This document shows positions 9,507 through 19,567 of a stretch of DNA of 64,000 nucleotides, piece by piece. Position numbers and translations under genes: made by a program. Position 1 is the first letter of the stretch. Every line of letters starts with the position of its first letter. Source of the DNA: an uncultured Nitrospiraceae bacterium (GTDB lineage Bacteria > Nitrospirota > Thermodesulfovibrionia > Thermodesulfovibrionales > Dissulfurispiraceae); NCBI GenBank assembly GCA_963727805.1, contig CAVSHF010000003.1, positions 64,001 through 128,000 of the forward strand. The letters are read 5' to 3'. The notes beneath the pieces were generated by a model. The model searched no databases. It had not been told where the DNA came from and worked only from the letters and a program-made list of their open reading frames with translations.

Positions 9507-10812
9507 CGAATTGACTCACATAAAATGTTACCGGAGGTAAAAACAAGAAGTATCGTTGACTCATAATGCATGTTACCGAGAAAAAGCATGCATGGATAGG
9601 GAGGTACTATGAGTCCACGATCCAAAAAAGAATATCTCGAAGCCATATATGTTCGATACAAAAGAGCTTCTCGTAAGGAGAAAGCCAGTATTCTCGATGA
9701 ATTCTGCGCCGCGTGCGGCTATCACCGAAAACATGCTATACGGTTGCTTCGCACATTCAGACGATATCAGAAACCGAAGCACAAGAGGAAAGGTAAGCCT
9801 CCTGTTTACCAAAAAGAATCTATCCTGAAGCCTCTGAAGCGCATTTGGCATGCTGCAAACCTCCCTTGCTCCAAAAGACTCAAAGCGATACTTGCTCTTT
9901 GGCTGCCAAGTTATGAAAAGCGGTATGGCACTCTCTCAGAGGAGGAGAGCAAGGCACTATCTAGCATTTCCCCTTCCACGATTGACCGGCTTTTTAAGCC
10001 GATTCGGGCACGCTATAATGGGCGTGGCAGATCTACTACAAAACCAGGAACTCTTCTGCGTAAACATATCCCCATCAAAACCAATCAGTGGGACGAGTCG
10101 TGCCCTGGGTTTATGGAGGCTGATACCGTTGCTCACTGCGGCAACTCTATGGCCGGCATGTTTGCATTCACCATCGACTGCGTTGATATCGCCACCGGAT
10201 GGACTGAGCAAAGAGCCGTATGGGGCAAAGGAGAAACAGATGTCCTCAAACAAATAAAAGATATTGAAAAGACTCTTCCATTTGACCTCAAAGGCTTTGA
10301 CTCTGACAATGGCTCTGAGTTCTTGAACCATCACCTACTTAGACACTTCACGGAGAGAAAACAGCCAATCCAGTTTACTCGCAGCAGAGCCTATCACAAA
10401 GACGACAACTCTCACATTGAGCAGAAAAACTGGACACATGTCAGACAGTGGCTCGGCTATGAGCGTCTCGATAATCCCGATGTTGTCCCTTTGCTGAATG
10501 CCTTATATTCCACAGAATGGAGACTCTTCCACAACTTCTTTTGTCCTTCAGTGAAACTGCTCGCTAAAGAACGCATTGCCTCCAAAACCATAAAACGTTA
10601 TGATATCCCTAAAACGCCTTATCAGAGGGTGATTGAATCTCCCCACGCGGAAGAGTCGGTGAAGCAAAAGTTAAAAACTCAGATGGCAACTCTTGATCCC
10701 TTTGCCCTCAGACAGGCAATAGAAGAGAAGCTAAAAGTGATATTCAAAATCTCTTCAATTTCGATGAGTCGATCTTCTTCGCTTCGGTAACATTTTTCAA
10801 TGAGTCAACTGG
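9507..10812 (+). mobile_element. ISNCY-type insertion sequence
   Basis: TTGACTCA-N7/8-ATGTTACCG twice at the left end (9511, 9556) and inverted at the right (10785-10808); TCGA on both flanks (target duplication or part of the IR). Confidence 0.8.
9609..10790 (+). CDS. DDE transposase/integrase (ISNCY type)
   Basis: ILDEFC...GYHRKHAIRLL, EADTVAHCG, DSDNGSEF, DNSHIEQKN. Confidence 0.92.
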   Translation: MSPRSKKEYLEAIYVRYKRASRKEKASILDEFCAACGYHRKHAIRLLRTFRRYQKPKHKRKGKPPVYQKESILKPLKRIWHAANLPCSKRLKAILALWLPSYEKRYGTLSEEESKALSSISPSTIDRLFKPIRARYNGRGRSTTKPGTLLRKHIPIKTNQWDESCPGFMEADTVAHCGNSMAGMFAFTIDCVDIATGWTEQRAVWGKGETDVLKQIKDIEKTLPFDLKGFDSDNGSEFLNHHLLRHFTERKQPIQFTRSRAYHKDDNSHIEQKNWTHVRQWLGYERLDNPDVVPLLNALYSTEWRLFHNFFCPSVKLLAKERIASKTIKRYDIPKTPYQRVIESPHAEESVKQKLKTQMATLDPFALRQAIEEKLKVIFKISSISMSRSSSLR

Positions 10813-11163
10813 TCGAAGGTAACCCCAGAGGGTTTACCCATGAGTATTTCCTCCCTTGAAACAAAGCGTATTTACGGTGTACGACGGCCTCTCGATTATT
10901 CTTAGTTATTAAGAATCTGATTTCGATAGTTACGTTCGGTAATGAACATTCTTGGCGAGAAGGCGGAGGCATGGGGCATCAGGTGATGTCATCTATGCAT
11001 CAGATGCTCACAGAAGGTGAGATTAAACCCTAACGCACGTCCCCATTTTATCACGAGTTCGCAGCGACTCCATGTTCCGAGTCGTGCAGGCACTATTCAT
11101 CAGATTGGGCAGGTACATATACTTATAGTGTTAAAGCCGGCGATAAGCGCAGGTGCAGCCGGG

Positions 11164-12231
11164 TCAAACAACCCTTACATCTACCGAGTGTAATCCACGG
11201 GAACCATCCGGATAACTGCGCGTGATGACACTGAAGATGGATCCGGACTCCTGCGTCTTTCCGGCCTTGTCGATCCCCCGTACCTTAAGTGTATACTTGC
11301 CCCTTTTAGCTGGCTTCCAGTCATAGCTCCACACCGCCCACGACCACTTCGAAAGCGGCTCCTTCATCGCAGCGTCATGCCAACTCGAACCGTCATCGAG
11401 GGATACCTGCACCCTGCTTATGCCATGGCGTCCCGCAAAAGCGATGCCGCCGATAACATAACTGCCGAGCGGTATCTGCTTTCCGCCCATGGGCATCAGT
11501 ATCTCAGACATGGTCGGAATCACGGAACTGTCGGACCATCCCTCTTTTTCCCAATAGCCCCTGTAGTCGAAATTGACAAGTTCTATCTTCGACAGCCACT
11601 TCACATTTTTCATCCCGAAAATCCCAGGCACAATCGCCCTTACTGGATAACCGTGCTGTCTCGGCAGCAGTGTCCCGTTCATCTTGAATGCAAGAAAGAC
11701 GTCCTCGGAAAACGACAGTGCGTAAGGGATGCTGTCGCTGTATCCGTCATCGGCATAGAAAACTATCTTAACGATACCCTGTTTCGGCGACGCCCTTTCG
11801 ATGATCTTTTTCAGCGTCACTCCCTCCCACAAGGCGGTGCCTATAGCATCTCCGCCTACAGAATTGCCGATGCATTCCAGGGTAACGAATTCGGTCACGT
11901 CCTTCACAGCTTCCAATTCCCCGAAATTCAGGGAATATGGCTTTTCGACCATTCCCTCTATCCTCAGCCTGAAGGTGCTTGCGTCGATTTCCGGCACCTT
12001 GCTGGAGTATGTAGTGATATAGAACTCCTCATTCGGCGTGATTTCCTTCGCCGTAAATCCCATGAAGTTGACTGTGCCCTTTGTCAGCATTGCATGTTTC
12101 TGCTCTTCAGTCAGGGCGTCAGCATAATGAAAGACTCCGTCAAAAACAGAGACGCCGAACCCAAGCCCGATTGTCCCCAGACCGACTCTCCTGACAAAAT
12201 CCCTTCTGCTCATATCATCTTTCATGATCAA
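11164..12231 (-). CDS. Tat-exported molybdopterin oxidoreductase (sulfite oxidase family)
   Basis: SRRDFV twin-arginine signal; TLECIGN Mo-ligand Cys; HGYPVR, GMKNVKW; C-terminal Ig-like dimerisation domain. Confidence 0.9.
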   Translation of the reverse strand: MIMKDDMSRRDFVRRVGLGTIGLGFGVSVFDGVFHYADALTEEQKHAMLTKGTVNFMGFTAKEITPNEEFYITTYSSKVPEIDASTFRLRIEGMVEKPYSLNFGELEAVKDVTEFVTLECIGNSVGGDAIGTALWEGVTLKKIIERASPKQGIVKIVFYADDGYSDSIPYALSFSEDVFLAFKMNGTLLPRQHGYPVRAIVPGIFGMKNVKWLSKIELVNFDYRGYWEKEGWSDSSVIPTMSEILMPMGGKQIPLGSYVIGGIAFAGRHGISRVQVSLDDGSSWHDAAMKEPLSKWSWAVWSYDWKPAKRGKYTLKVRGIDKAGKTQESGSIFSVITRSYPDGSRGLHSVDVRVV

Positions 12232-12467
12232 CCTCGAGATAAATTATTCTTTAATGAAAGATTATCAACATAAACAGGGCTGTCAATATTTTGCTGGTCA
12301 AGAATGTTGACCGACGCACGAGTTTGACCCTCTTTTCGTACTTATCCGCAGCAGGCTCATCTCAAATATAGTCAAGCATCGTTTACGGTTTATTTGGTTT
12401 GTATAGTTTGACAACGACTTGGGTAAAAGTGATAAAGTCACTTATAGTTTTTTTGGGGGATTTTGCG

Positions 12468-13652
12468 ATGGTAGTGCTGTTGCGGCTGTTCGCACTGATA
12501 TGTTTGTATTGCTTGATATTAGTCTCTATCGCTCATGCTCAGATTGCTGCAACTTTGAGCACGAAACATGATACCTATACAGGTATATGTCCTGCCGAGA
12601 TCAAATTCAAAGGAACTATAACCTCAGAAAAGCCAGGAAAGATTCAATATAGGTTTATCAGAAGTAACGGCACATTGCTGCCTGTTGAGACCCTGGAATT
12701 CAGCACGCCGGGAGCTAAAGAAGTCGATGGATCATGGATAGCAGGAGATACAGAGACCTCCTCTTACGAAGGATGGCAGGCGATAAGAATTGTATATCCT
12801 GAAGAAGTGGAATCAAATAAGGCTCGCTTCAAAATGATTTGCGATCAAAACATGCCCGATCTGACAGTAAACATCCGCCACAGTCCCAGGACAGCAAGAC
12901 CCGGCCACGAACTCGGCTCCTCCATCAAGATTAAAGTTGCTAATCACGGGAAGCTTGACTTAAAGGATGTTGCGGTGGATATCGTTCTTAAGAAAGATAA
13001 TTCCTGCCCGGATTCCATGCCCAGCACAGAAGACTCAACTCATTTTTCGGATGGGGTACTGCTCAAAGGAGGACGTGAGCATGTGTCGTTAAAAGCGGGA
13101 CAAAAGCAAGAGATCAAACTGAACGGAACCAACACTATACCTGCTGACACTCCGCCGGGGGACTATTACTTGTGCGCGGTGGTCAACGCGGGTCACCAGA
13201 TAAAAGAGAGTAACAAAACGATCAATTGTGCATGCAGTCCAATTAAAATCACCACGGCCGTAGACAAACCAGATCTCATTATTGATCGCATAAGCTTCAA
13301 GATCGGAGAGAAATGCGCGCCCAACTATCCTATTTATATATTTGAGGTGACAGTGAAGAATATCGGCACTGCTCCATCTCCGTCATTGCCGAATGCAACA
13401 CTCGTGCAGGTAATAGACATCGGCAGCAGATGGGGAAACGGGGCCACCTTAAACTCCTTACCGCCCGGGGGAACGCAGACAGTCTTTATTCCCGTGTATT
13501 ATTTCACTGAAGACCCGGCCCATATGACTAAGGTGGTCCCGCATCCTTTCAGGGCGGTTGTTGACCCCTTTAATCTCATAGAAGAGTCCAATAAGAAAAA
13601 CAATACCTCTGATATAATCTACCTCGATCCCGGACTAATATGCCATGAATGA
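12468..13652 (+). CDS. Secreted CARDB/Ig-like domain protein
   Basis: Signal peptide from ATG 12468; PDL...V.N.G...ESN..NN CARDB repeats. Confidence 0.75.
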   Translation: MVVLLRLFALICLYCLILVSIAHAQIAATLSTKHDTYTGICPAEIKFKGTITSEKPGKIQYRFIRSNGTLLPVETLEFSTPGAKEVDGSWIAGDTETSSYEGWQAIRIVYPEEVESNKARFKMICDQNMPDLTVNIRHSPRTARPGHELGSSIKIKVANHGKLDLKDVAVDIVLKKDNSCPDSMPSTEDSTHFSDGVLLKGGREHVSLKAGQKQEIKLNGTNTIPADTPPGDYYLCAVVNAGHQIKESNKTINCACSPIKITTAVDKPDLIIDRISFKIGEKCAPNYPIYIFEVTVKNIGTAPSPSLPNATLVQVIDIGSRWGNGATLNSLPPGGTQTVFIPVYYFTEDPAHMTKVVPHPFRAVVDPFNLIEESNKKNNTSDIIYLDPGLICHE

Positions 13653-13900
13653 TGGAGCCTCAGATAGCGGCAATCGAGATATCTCGGTAAATAGTCATGA
13701 GTGTTCCGGTATGCAAAGTGACATCATTTGGAGTATGAGGTTTAAATATTACCGTGGCTTGCAGATGCTCTATAATCATGGCATTCGAGCTTGCAACTAT
13801 ATAGTTGAGCTTTCTCCTACCACTGTCCGAGATCGCGACCTAAATAATTCACGACCATCTTGATGGTGTCGATAGCTCTTGTTTATTTTCAGTCTGCTGT

Positions 13901-14680
13901 ATGAAAGAAAAGAAAAAAATAAAGGGCATTACCAACAGATTGAGGCCGGGGGGTACGGACGCCGAAGATAAAAAACAGAATGTTTGGCTGAAGCTATTCA
14001 TTCTTGCGCTGATTTTGATCGGGCTTTCATGGGGAATATACGTGACTGGCATCTGGGACTTCTTTATGAGCCGGGAGCGAATAATAGCATTTCTTGATTC
14101 GCTCGGTTCGTTTGCATTTTTAGGCTTTATTGTTTTGCAGGCATCACAGGTCGTTGTGGCTCCTATCCCCGGCGATGTAACCGGTTTGATTGGTGGCTAT
14201 CTCTATGGCCCAGTGATAGGGACAGCCCTCTCAACGGTTGGCTTGACTCTTGGCTCCTATATTGCCTTTGCACTATCGCGTCGCTTCGGACAGCCCTTTA
14301 TAGACAGGTTTGTACCGAAAGTCGCAATGAATCGGTTCGCATACCTGCTCCACCATAAGGGAGCATTCCTTGTTTTTATCCTGTTCCTAATTCCCGGAAC
14401 GCCTAAGGATTATCTGTGCTATATCCTTGGTCTCGGGCACCTTACAACCATGGAATTTTTGATTATTGGCGGAACCGGAAGATTGTTCGGAACAATTCTT
14501 CTCAGCTTTGGCGGTACTTATTTGAGAGAAGAACATTACCTGAACTTCTTCATCCTTACGGCGGTTGCAATAGTAGTCGTGCTTATTGCGATGCTCTTCA
14601 AGCAACGCATTGAACGTATTCTGAGGGTATTGCATATCATGGACTACAAGAAGCGAAGAACTAAACGATCCTCTAAATGA
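13901..14680 (+). CDS. TVP38/TMEM64 (DedA superfamily) membrane protein
   Basis: QVVVAPIPG, GGYLYG, FLIPGTPKD..CY. Confidence 0.9.
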   Translation: MKEKKKIKGITNRLRPGGTDAEDKKQNVWLKLFILALILIGLSWGIYVTGIWDFFMSRERIIAFLDSLGSFAFLGFIVLQASQVVVAPIPGDVTGLIGGYLYGPVIGTALSTVGLTLGSYIAFALSRRFGQPFIDRFVPKVAMNRFAYLLHHKGAFLVFILFLIPGTPKDYLCYILGLGHLTTMEFLIIGGTGRLFGTILLSFGGTYLREEHYLNFFILTAVAIVVVLIAMLFKQRIERILRVLHIMDYKKRRTKRSSK

Positions 14681-14792
14681 GGAGATGTGAGAACGCGCTT
14701 GTATTTCTGTCTACTGGTCTTTTAATGGCATACCGTCTCAGGTGCTATGATGTTGCCATACGAAAGGTCTCAGAAAAGACCGGATTGGAGGA

Positions 14793-15407
14793 ATGATGAA
14801 AAGATATGCAATTCTGGTTATTCTACTGCTTGCCTCTATGATTCTTGGTGGTTGCATCGGTACCGTAGCTGTTATGATGGAAAAAAAGCAGGTGGCCGAA
14901 TTGCCTGTGGTCAATTATAAATTACGGGCGAACTATATAGCCTATGCGCCGACTGGGGTTTATATATCCGATTTTAGATTGCGTGAGCTCTGGTTTGGTT
15001 CAAAAATCAAGGTCGAAGATCTGATGCTTTCTGATTTCATTAAAGAGAAAATGGCAGGACGGTCCGGTGTCGTTAAGGATAAGGGATCCGCAGTACAGAC
15101 AGTTACTATCACTAGTACTGAGAGTGATGCGCAATTTACTACCTTCTTGATGGGACCGTGGGCAAAGATGATACTTAATGCCGATATAATAGGTAGAGAT
15201 GGGAAAATACGCAGGGTCGAGGTCACTAGACGTTGTCGCATGGTGGCCGATAAGATACAGGTTTTTACCCAGGAACAGACGACCCAAGTGATAAGAAACA
15301 CAGCTGACGCCCTTGTCATAGCTTTAATAGATAGTAAGGATAACGTTGCCGTAGGGAAGGATATGGAATGTCTTGCTGATGGCAGGACGAGGGTGATTGA
15401 CAGGTAA
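14793..15407 (+). CDS. Hypothetical lipoprotein
   Basis: RBS GGAGG; lipobox LGGC; 204-aa ORF. Confidence 0.75.
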   Translation: MMKRYAILVILLLASMILGGCIGTVAVMMEKKQVAELPVVNYKLRANYIAYAPTGVYISDFRLRELWFGSKIKVEDLMLSDFIKEKMAGRSGVVKDKGSAVQTVTITSTESDAQFTTFLMGPWAKMILNADIIGRDGKIRRVEVTRRCRMVADKIQVFTQEQTTQVIRNTADALVIALIDSKDNVAVGKDMECLADGRTRVIDR

Positions 15408-15589
15408 GATTCATCCAGAATAAGAAAGTATTACTGGGAGCAATGGAATGACCCTCATAAATTCCCAAATCTTTTTGCCCCAAGCGAGTAGACCAGGGCC
15501 AGCCTTCGCGATAGCAGCACTTACCTCCAACCAGTATTCTCGGAAGTATCAGGGTTCTTGATAGCATCAAGATTGGGGCGGGAGAATCT

Positions 15590-15745
15590 CTCTGGCTGTT
15601 TATTCCTTGGGAAGAACACCTCATTTCTCAGCGAGTGAGATTAGGGTGTGTTATAAGGAGACAATCAACGACGCGTCAATGATAGATTTATTCGGAAATC
15701 ATCACATTTCTGGCACTGGCGGCACTGATTGTTTTCAGTGGGCAC
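15590..15745 (+). pseudogene. Gene relic, paralogous to the relic at ~41050-41175
   Basis: SLGRTPHFSASEIRVCYKETINDASMIDLFGNHHISGTGGT aligns with LGGISHLSAVQIKALVQETLDEAATIVFFGHHHIHGTGGT. Confidence 0.5.
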
Positions 15746-16044
15746 TAACAAACCTGGCGATGTCCGCCGGTCTTGGTTACCGGAAGAAATATTGAGAAAA
15801 CGTCCCGATCTGTTCGGTCATTATTATTATAAACAGCGTTGGAGCGGGTTCTCGATGGAGCACCATTCAAACAATCCTCCCTCCAGAGGCACTTCATCTG
15901 ACCACATGCACGCACATAGGGAGTTGCGAAACACTCGGAATTGCCTTCAGCATTTTTGGATATATCTGATAAGTTGCCGTTCATCAGTTTTACCTCTTTC
16001 AACCCCTGCTTGCTTGCAATTTTCCTGACGTCTTGAATATTCAA
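15745..16044 (-). CDS. Small SAP-domain-like Cys-containing protein
   Basis: GGAGG then TTG start; AEGNxxCFAT...CGQxxCLWREDC signature; C-terminal tail may be a read-through extension. Confidence 0.7.
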   Translation of the reverse strand: MNIQDVRKIASKQGLKEVKLMNGNLSDISKNAEGNSECFATPYVRACGQMKCLWREDCLNGAPSRTRSNAVYNNNDRTDRDVFSIFLPVTKTGGHRQVC

Positions 16045-16198
16045 GTTTGACCTCCTTTGCACGGATTGGTCAGCTCATGGCCTAAATGTAATATACATCA
16101 ATTAGCATATATCATTGAGTCAGGCGATACTACTATAATGTGCCATGCAATGTGTTAGAATTACGTAAAGATAGCCTCACCTGTGGAGGGGGGCAATA

Positions 16199-16462
16199 AT
16201 GACCATACTGAGATTTCCACCGACTCAAAATTGCGATGCTATATGCAAACTTATTATTTTTGTCGCATATGTCGGAGAAGGATTTATAGCATGCTCCATC
16301 TCACTTGAGGCATTGCGGGATCACTTTGAGGGCGATATCCACAAACCGCTTGAAACTTTCATTTGTAATCGTCCCGCAATCGAGCACATTGCCGAACGCC
16401 TCATTGCTCGGCGACGTTTTGAAGCTGACGGCTCGGTGCTGATTAGCACTGCAGACTGTTAA
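16199..16462 (+). CDS. DUF1488-family protein
   Basis: CSISLEALRDHF...F..NRPAIE.IA..LI pattern; GGAGG RBS. Confidence 0.75.
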   Translation: MTILRFPPTQNCDAICKLIIFVAYVGEGFIACSISLEALRDHFEGDIHKPLETFICNRPAIEHIAERLIARRRFEADGSVLISTADC

Positions 16463-16740
16463 TTTCTGGCGAGAATGCTGAGGCGGTGGTTATCAGGTGG
16501 AACTTTGGGGCGACAGATCTTCACAGAAATTATCGCTGGTTGGTATCCTGAATACACTGAAGTATTCTACCCGAAATATAGTCCAACTGGTATTGATTAT
16601 GTCCCGTTCAAGACATGTTAGAGAAATTATAAGGACGCGAAGTACTCCCTTAAAAAAACTCTTGCGATCCTCTCCGGCCGTTTCTTTCACCAAAAAGTAC
16701 GTAAAAACCAATGACCGAGAATAATGCTCATTACCTGTTG

Positions 16741-16936
16741 ATGTCAAAGAAACGTCATAAAAACGTCATAAAGTTAGCGGAAAACATAGGAATTTATGGG
16801 AATCCATAGGAAAACTCAAAACACATAAATGTGTATTAAAAACAGTCTGATATGCAAAATATATAGGCATTTCAAACCTGCTTAAAAACCCTAGCTACGT
16901 CCTCTCAAGGTTAAGACACGGGGGATTATAGGGACT
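16741..16936 (+). mobile_element. att-like junction 1: arm repeats plus a degenerate 3' half of tRNA-Glu(CTC)
   Basis: ACGTCATAAAA-type 11-bp repeats at 16741/16752/16763; CCTCTCAAGGTTAAGACACGGG...AGGGACT at 16901-16936; direct repeat of 22993-23186. Confidence 0.8.
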
Positions 16937-17913
16937 CAAAATTTATGACACGCCGTGCAGAATTCAAATCCGCCATTTCGCTCCTGGAATAATAAGTTAG
17001 GAAAATCTGCGGCATGAGGGTTATGACATGAAGCGCATGACAATTCCTTCCCGGGATGTAAGGGATCCGGTTTGCCACGGACAGGATGGCCACCGCCTGA
17101 GACCCCCGAAACAACATGGACTCCTGTAGCTTTCTCTTCATGGCAAGCAAGACAGAGATCCGTGGTCTGTTTGCGCAGGAAGAAATCATTATCAGAAGCG
17201 TGCGGGTTGTGGCACACGCTGCACATTCCCATCGAAAAAGGACCATGTAAGAATTTTTTGTCCCTCCATGTCACCGCCGCATCGCTGTGACAAGAGTAAC
17301 AAAGGCTTTGCTCTGGGTTGGATACGCTGTACTTGTGACCTTTTATAGTGCTTCTATGACATATAGTGCATTCCCATACTGATGCCGGACCATGGACAAA
17401 TTTGAAATCCAAAAGATTCTTGTGACACCCGATGCACGGGGACGGACTTCTATCCTGTTCTTTATTTGCTCTTTTTTGCCCGAAATCATGGCAGAATGTG
17501 CATTTACTTTCCCGCTCGCGAGTGTGAAATTTGTAAGGGCGAAATGCGTCGGGAGCGCTACTATTGTTTCCTGATAGCGGTGAATGATAGAAAAGCGTAA
17601 TCTTCTGTGCTTCAGCTGGCTCATCCTTTCTGAAGCCCTTTATGGTGATGGTGTTCAATCCTTCCTTCAATTTAATCACCTTGCAAACGTTTCTGTTGAT
17701 CTTCTCAATAGAAGGCAAGTCGCTGTTGTTAACGCTGAGTCGTATTGCATCTACCGTACCATCCGTTACAATGACAATGCTTACAAGCTTACTTTCAATG
17801 ATCGACTGATCAGGCGGCAGCAAAATAGTCAACTGACTGACTTTCCCCTGGGCCCCAAATACAGGACTCAAAAGACAGAGCACAAATATGAATAGAATGG
17901 AAAAGGATCTCAT
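16936..17913 (-). CDS. Periplasmic octaheme cytochrome c (doubled-CxxCH family) with N-terminal Ig-like region
   Basis: Signal peptide; 8 CxxCH motifs, with HGP and CHNPH contexts. Confidence 0.9.
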   Translation of the reverse strand: MRSFSILFIFVLCLLSPVFGAQGKVSQLTILLPPDQSIIESKLVSIVIVTDGTVDAIRLSVNNSDLPSIEKINRNVCKVIKLKEGLNTITIKGFRKDEPAEAQKITLFYHSPLSGNNSSAPDAFRPYKFHTRERESKCTFCHDFGQKRANKEQDRSPSPCIGCHKNLLDFKFVHGPASVWECTICHRSTIKGHKYSVSNPEQSLCYSCHSDAAVTWRDKKFLHGPFSMGMCSVCHNPHASDNDFFLRKQTTDLCLACHEEKATGVHVVSGVSGGGHPVRGKPDPLHPGKELSCASCHNPHAADFPNLLFQERNGGFEFCTACHKF

Positions 17914-19028
17914 TCTCTTATAATCAATTCAAGGGCTTTCTTGTATGCCAATGCTGCTTGTTGGAGCATTCCATTCTCTTCACAGACTCGCCCTTTGTAG
18001 ATATATACTTTAGGATCGAGAGGATTCAGTTGAATCGCATCATCAAAAACCTTAAAAGCTTCATCTGATTTGCCTTCTTTCGCATAGACCGAGCCCAAAT
18101 AGTAATAGCATGGAGGATATGTCCCCCTCTGACGCAACGCTTTCTCTATTAAGGCCTTCCCTTCGTCCAACCTACCGCCGTTGATCAATAATAGAGCAAG
18201 TTCACATAAAGCAATTTGGTTGCCTGGCTCAAGTGTAAGAGCTTGCTCAAACAATCCCCTTGCAAGAGACGTATCATTCTTCTGCTGGTAAAATTTACCA
18301 AGACCAAGGTACGGAGCCACAAATTTCGGATCGGATTCGATCGCCTTCTTGAACCACATCTCTGCAGTATCAGCCGAACTTCTTGACGTCATCGCATTCT
18401 TACCCATGTTGAAAGACCTCACCGCCTTCTTATCAGGCTTGTAGGCCGCGTTTCCCGCTACTATATCAACGGGCTTCTTCCCATCCAGAGTGGAAGATAT
18501 GAAGTCAACCATTTCTTCTGACCCCACAAGTGGAAACCCCGAAAGTTCGTATCTTATAACACGCTCTTTATCAAGCACCACCGTCGATGGGACAGCTATT
18601 ACTCCGTAATCATGAAATGTCATTAACCCGGAATCGATTAAAACAGGGTAACTTATCTTAAGGGTTGCGACTTTCAATCGTATCTCGCTTATTGCCTGTT
18701 CCGATGATTTTTGACCGTCTACATTAATAGCAATTACGGCGAGACCCGCAGATCTATATTTTTGATAAAGTTTTTCCAGCATTAAGAGAGCTTTTTCTGA
18801 ATTCGAACTCCACGTAGACCAGAAGACTATTACTGTAAGTTTTTGTGCAATGAGTCCGGAGAGAGCCTTTGGCTCTCCGGATATGCTCTTCAACGAAAAT
18901 GAGGGAGCCTCCATCCCAACCTGAAGGCCCTGGAGTGTAGCCCCTGACGGTATAATGAAAAACAACTGTCCAATGACAAAAATAGTGGCAGACAAAACTA
19001 CGGTTCGAAGGAATTTCATCATTATCAC
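17910..19028 (-). CDS. TlpA/redoxin-fold plus TPR protein lacking the CxxC site
   Basis: APSFSLKS...VIVFWSTWSSNS...YGVIAVPST; C-terminal TPRs. Confidence 0.85.
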   Translation of the reverse strand: MIMMKFLRTVVLSATIFVIGQLFFIIPSGATLQGLQVGMEAPSFSLKSISGEPKALSGLIAQKLTVIVFWSTWSSNSEKALLMLEKLYQKYRSAGLAVIAINVDGQKSSEQAISEIRLKVATLKISYPVLIDSGLMTFHDYGVIAVPSTVVLDKERVIRYELSGFPLVGSEEMVDFISSTLDGKKPVDIVAGNAAYKPDKKAVRSFNMGKNAMTSRSSADTAEMWFKKAIESDPKFVAPYLGLGKFYQQKNDTSLARGLFEQALTLEPGNQIALCELALLLINGGRLDEGKALIEKALRQRGTYPPCYYYLGSVYAKEGKSDEAFKVFDDAIQLNPLDPKVYIYKGRVCEENGMLQQAALAYKKALELIIRE

Positions 19029-19537
19029 TTTCTGCCCTTCTCGTATTTATTAATACCCTCGCGGTACTCAGAGAGAGCTTTTTCCAAATTCCCCATTCTT
19101 TCATATATCAGGCCGAGTTCGTAATGAACTTTTACAGGGTCAGGATTCAGGATCAATGCATCCTTCAATATAATCTCAGCCCCCTTCAAGTCGCCCTTCT
19201 GCGCGAGGGCAATTCCCTTACCGGTTTTAGCCGAATATGAACGGGGCATGCGCTGTAATGCTTCTTTAAACTCCTTCATGGCTTCATCATTAGAGCCTAT
19301 CTTAAGAAGAAGGAATCCCAGCCGGACGCGACATTCAACCAAGGAGGGATCTGATTTGACTCGTTCCCGGAGTCCTTCGATAGCATTATCAAGGCTGTCT
19401 TCAGCACTAATCCTGATGGCTTCCTTCTCGCAGAGATCTCCTGCCGACCTGCCAGCAGTGATATCCTGCCCATGGGCAACCATAGCACTCATCAAAAGCA
19501 TGATCACAATGAGTGAGGATACGATAAAACTCATCAC
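19025..19537 (-). CDS. Exported TPR protein
   Basis: Signal peptide; three to four TPR repeats; overlaps the next gene by ATGA. Confidence 0.85.
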   Translation of the reverse strand: MMSFIVSSLIVIMLLMSAMVAHGQDITAGRSAGDLCEKEAIRISAEDSLDNAIEGLRERVKSDPSLVECRVRLGFLLLKIGSNDEAMKEFKEALQRMPRSYSAKTGKGIALAQKGDLKGAEIILKDALILNPDPVKVHYELGLIYERMGNLEKALSEYREGINKYEKGRK

Positions 19538-19567
19538 AGTTGTGCGTACCTTTCCTTTCTCAATTAA

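Noticed and set aside
11377..12273. 298-aa plus-strand ORF
   Set aside because: Antisense shadow of the molybdopterin oxidoreductase; no motifs
16741..16815. CRISPR array or iteron origin
   Set aside because: Repeats are 11 bp and contiguous, without spacers; no cas or rep gene nearby
18790..18825. Selenocysteine in the redoxin active site
   Set aside because: The codons are AGT and TCA (Ser), not TGA
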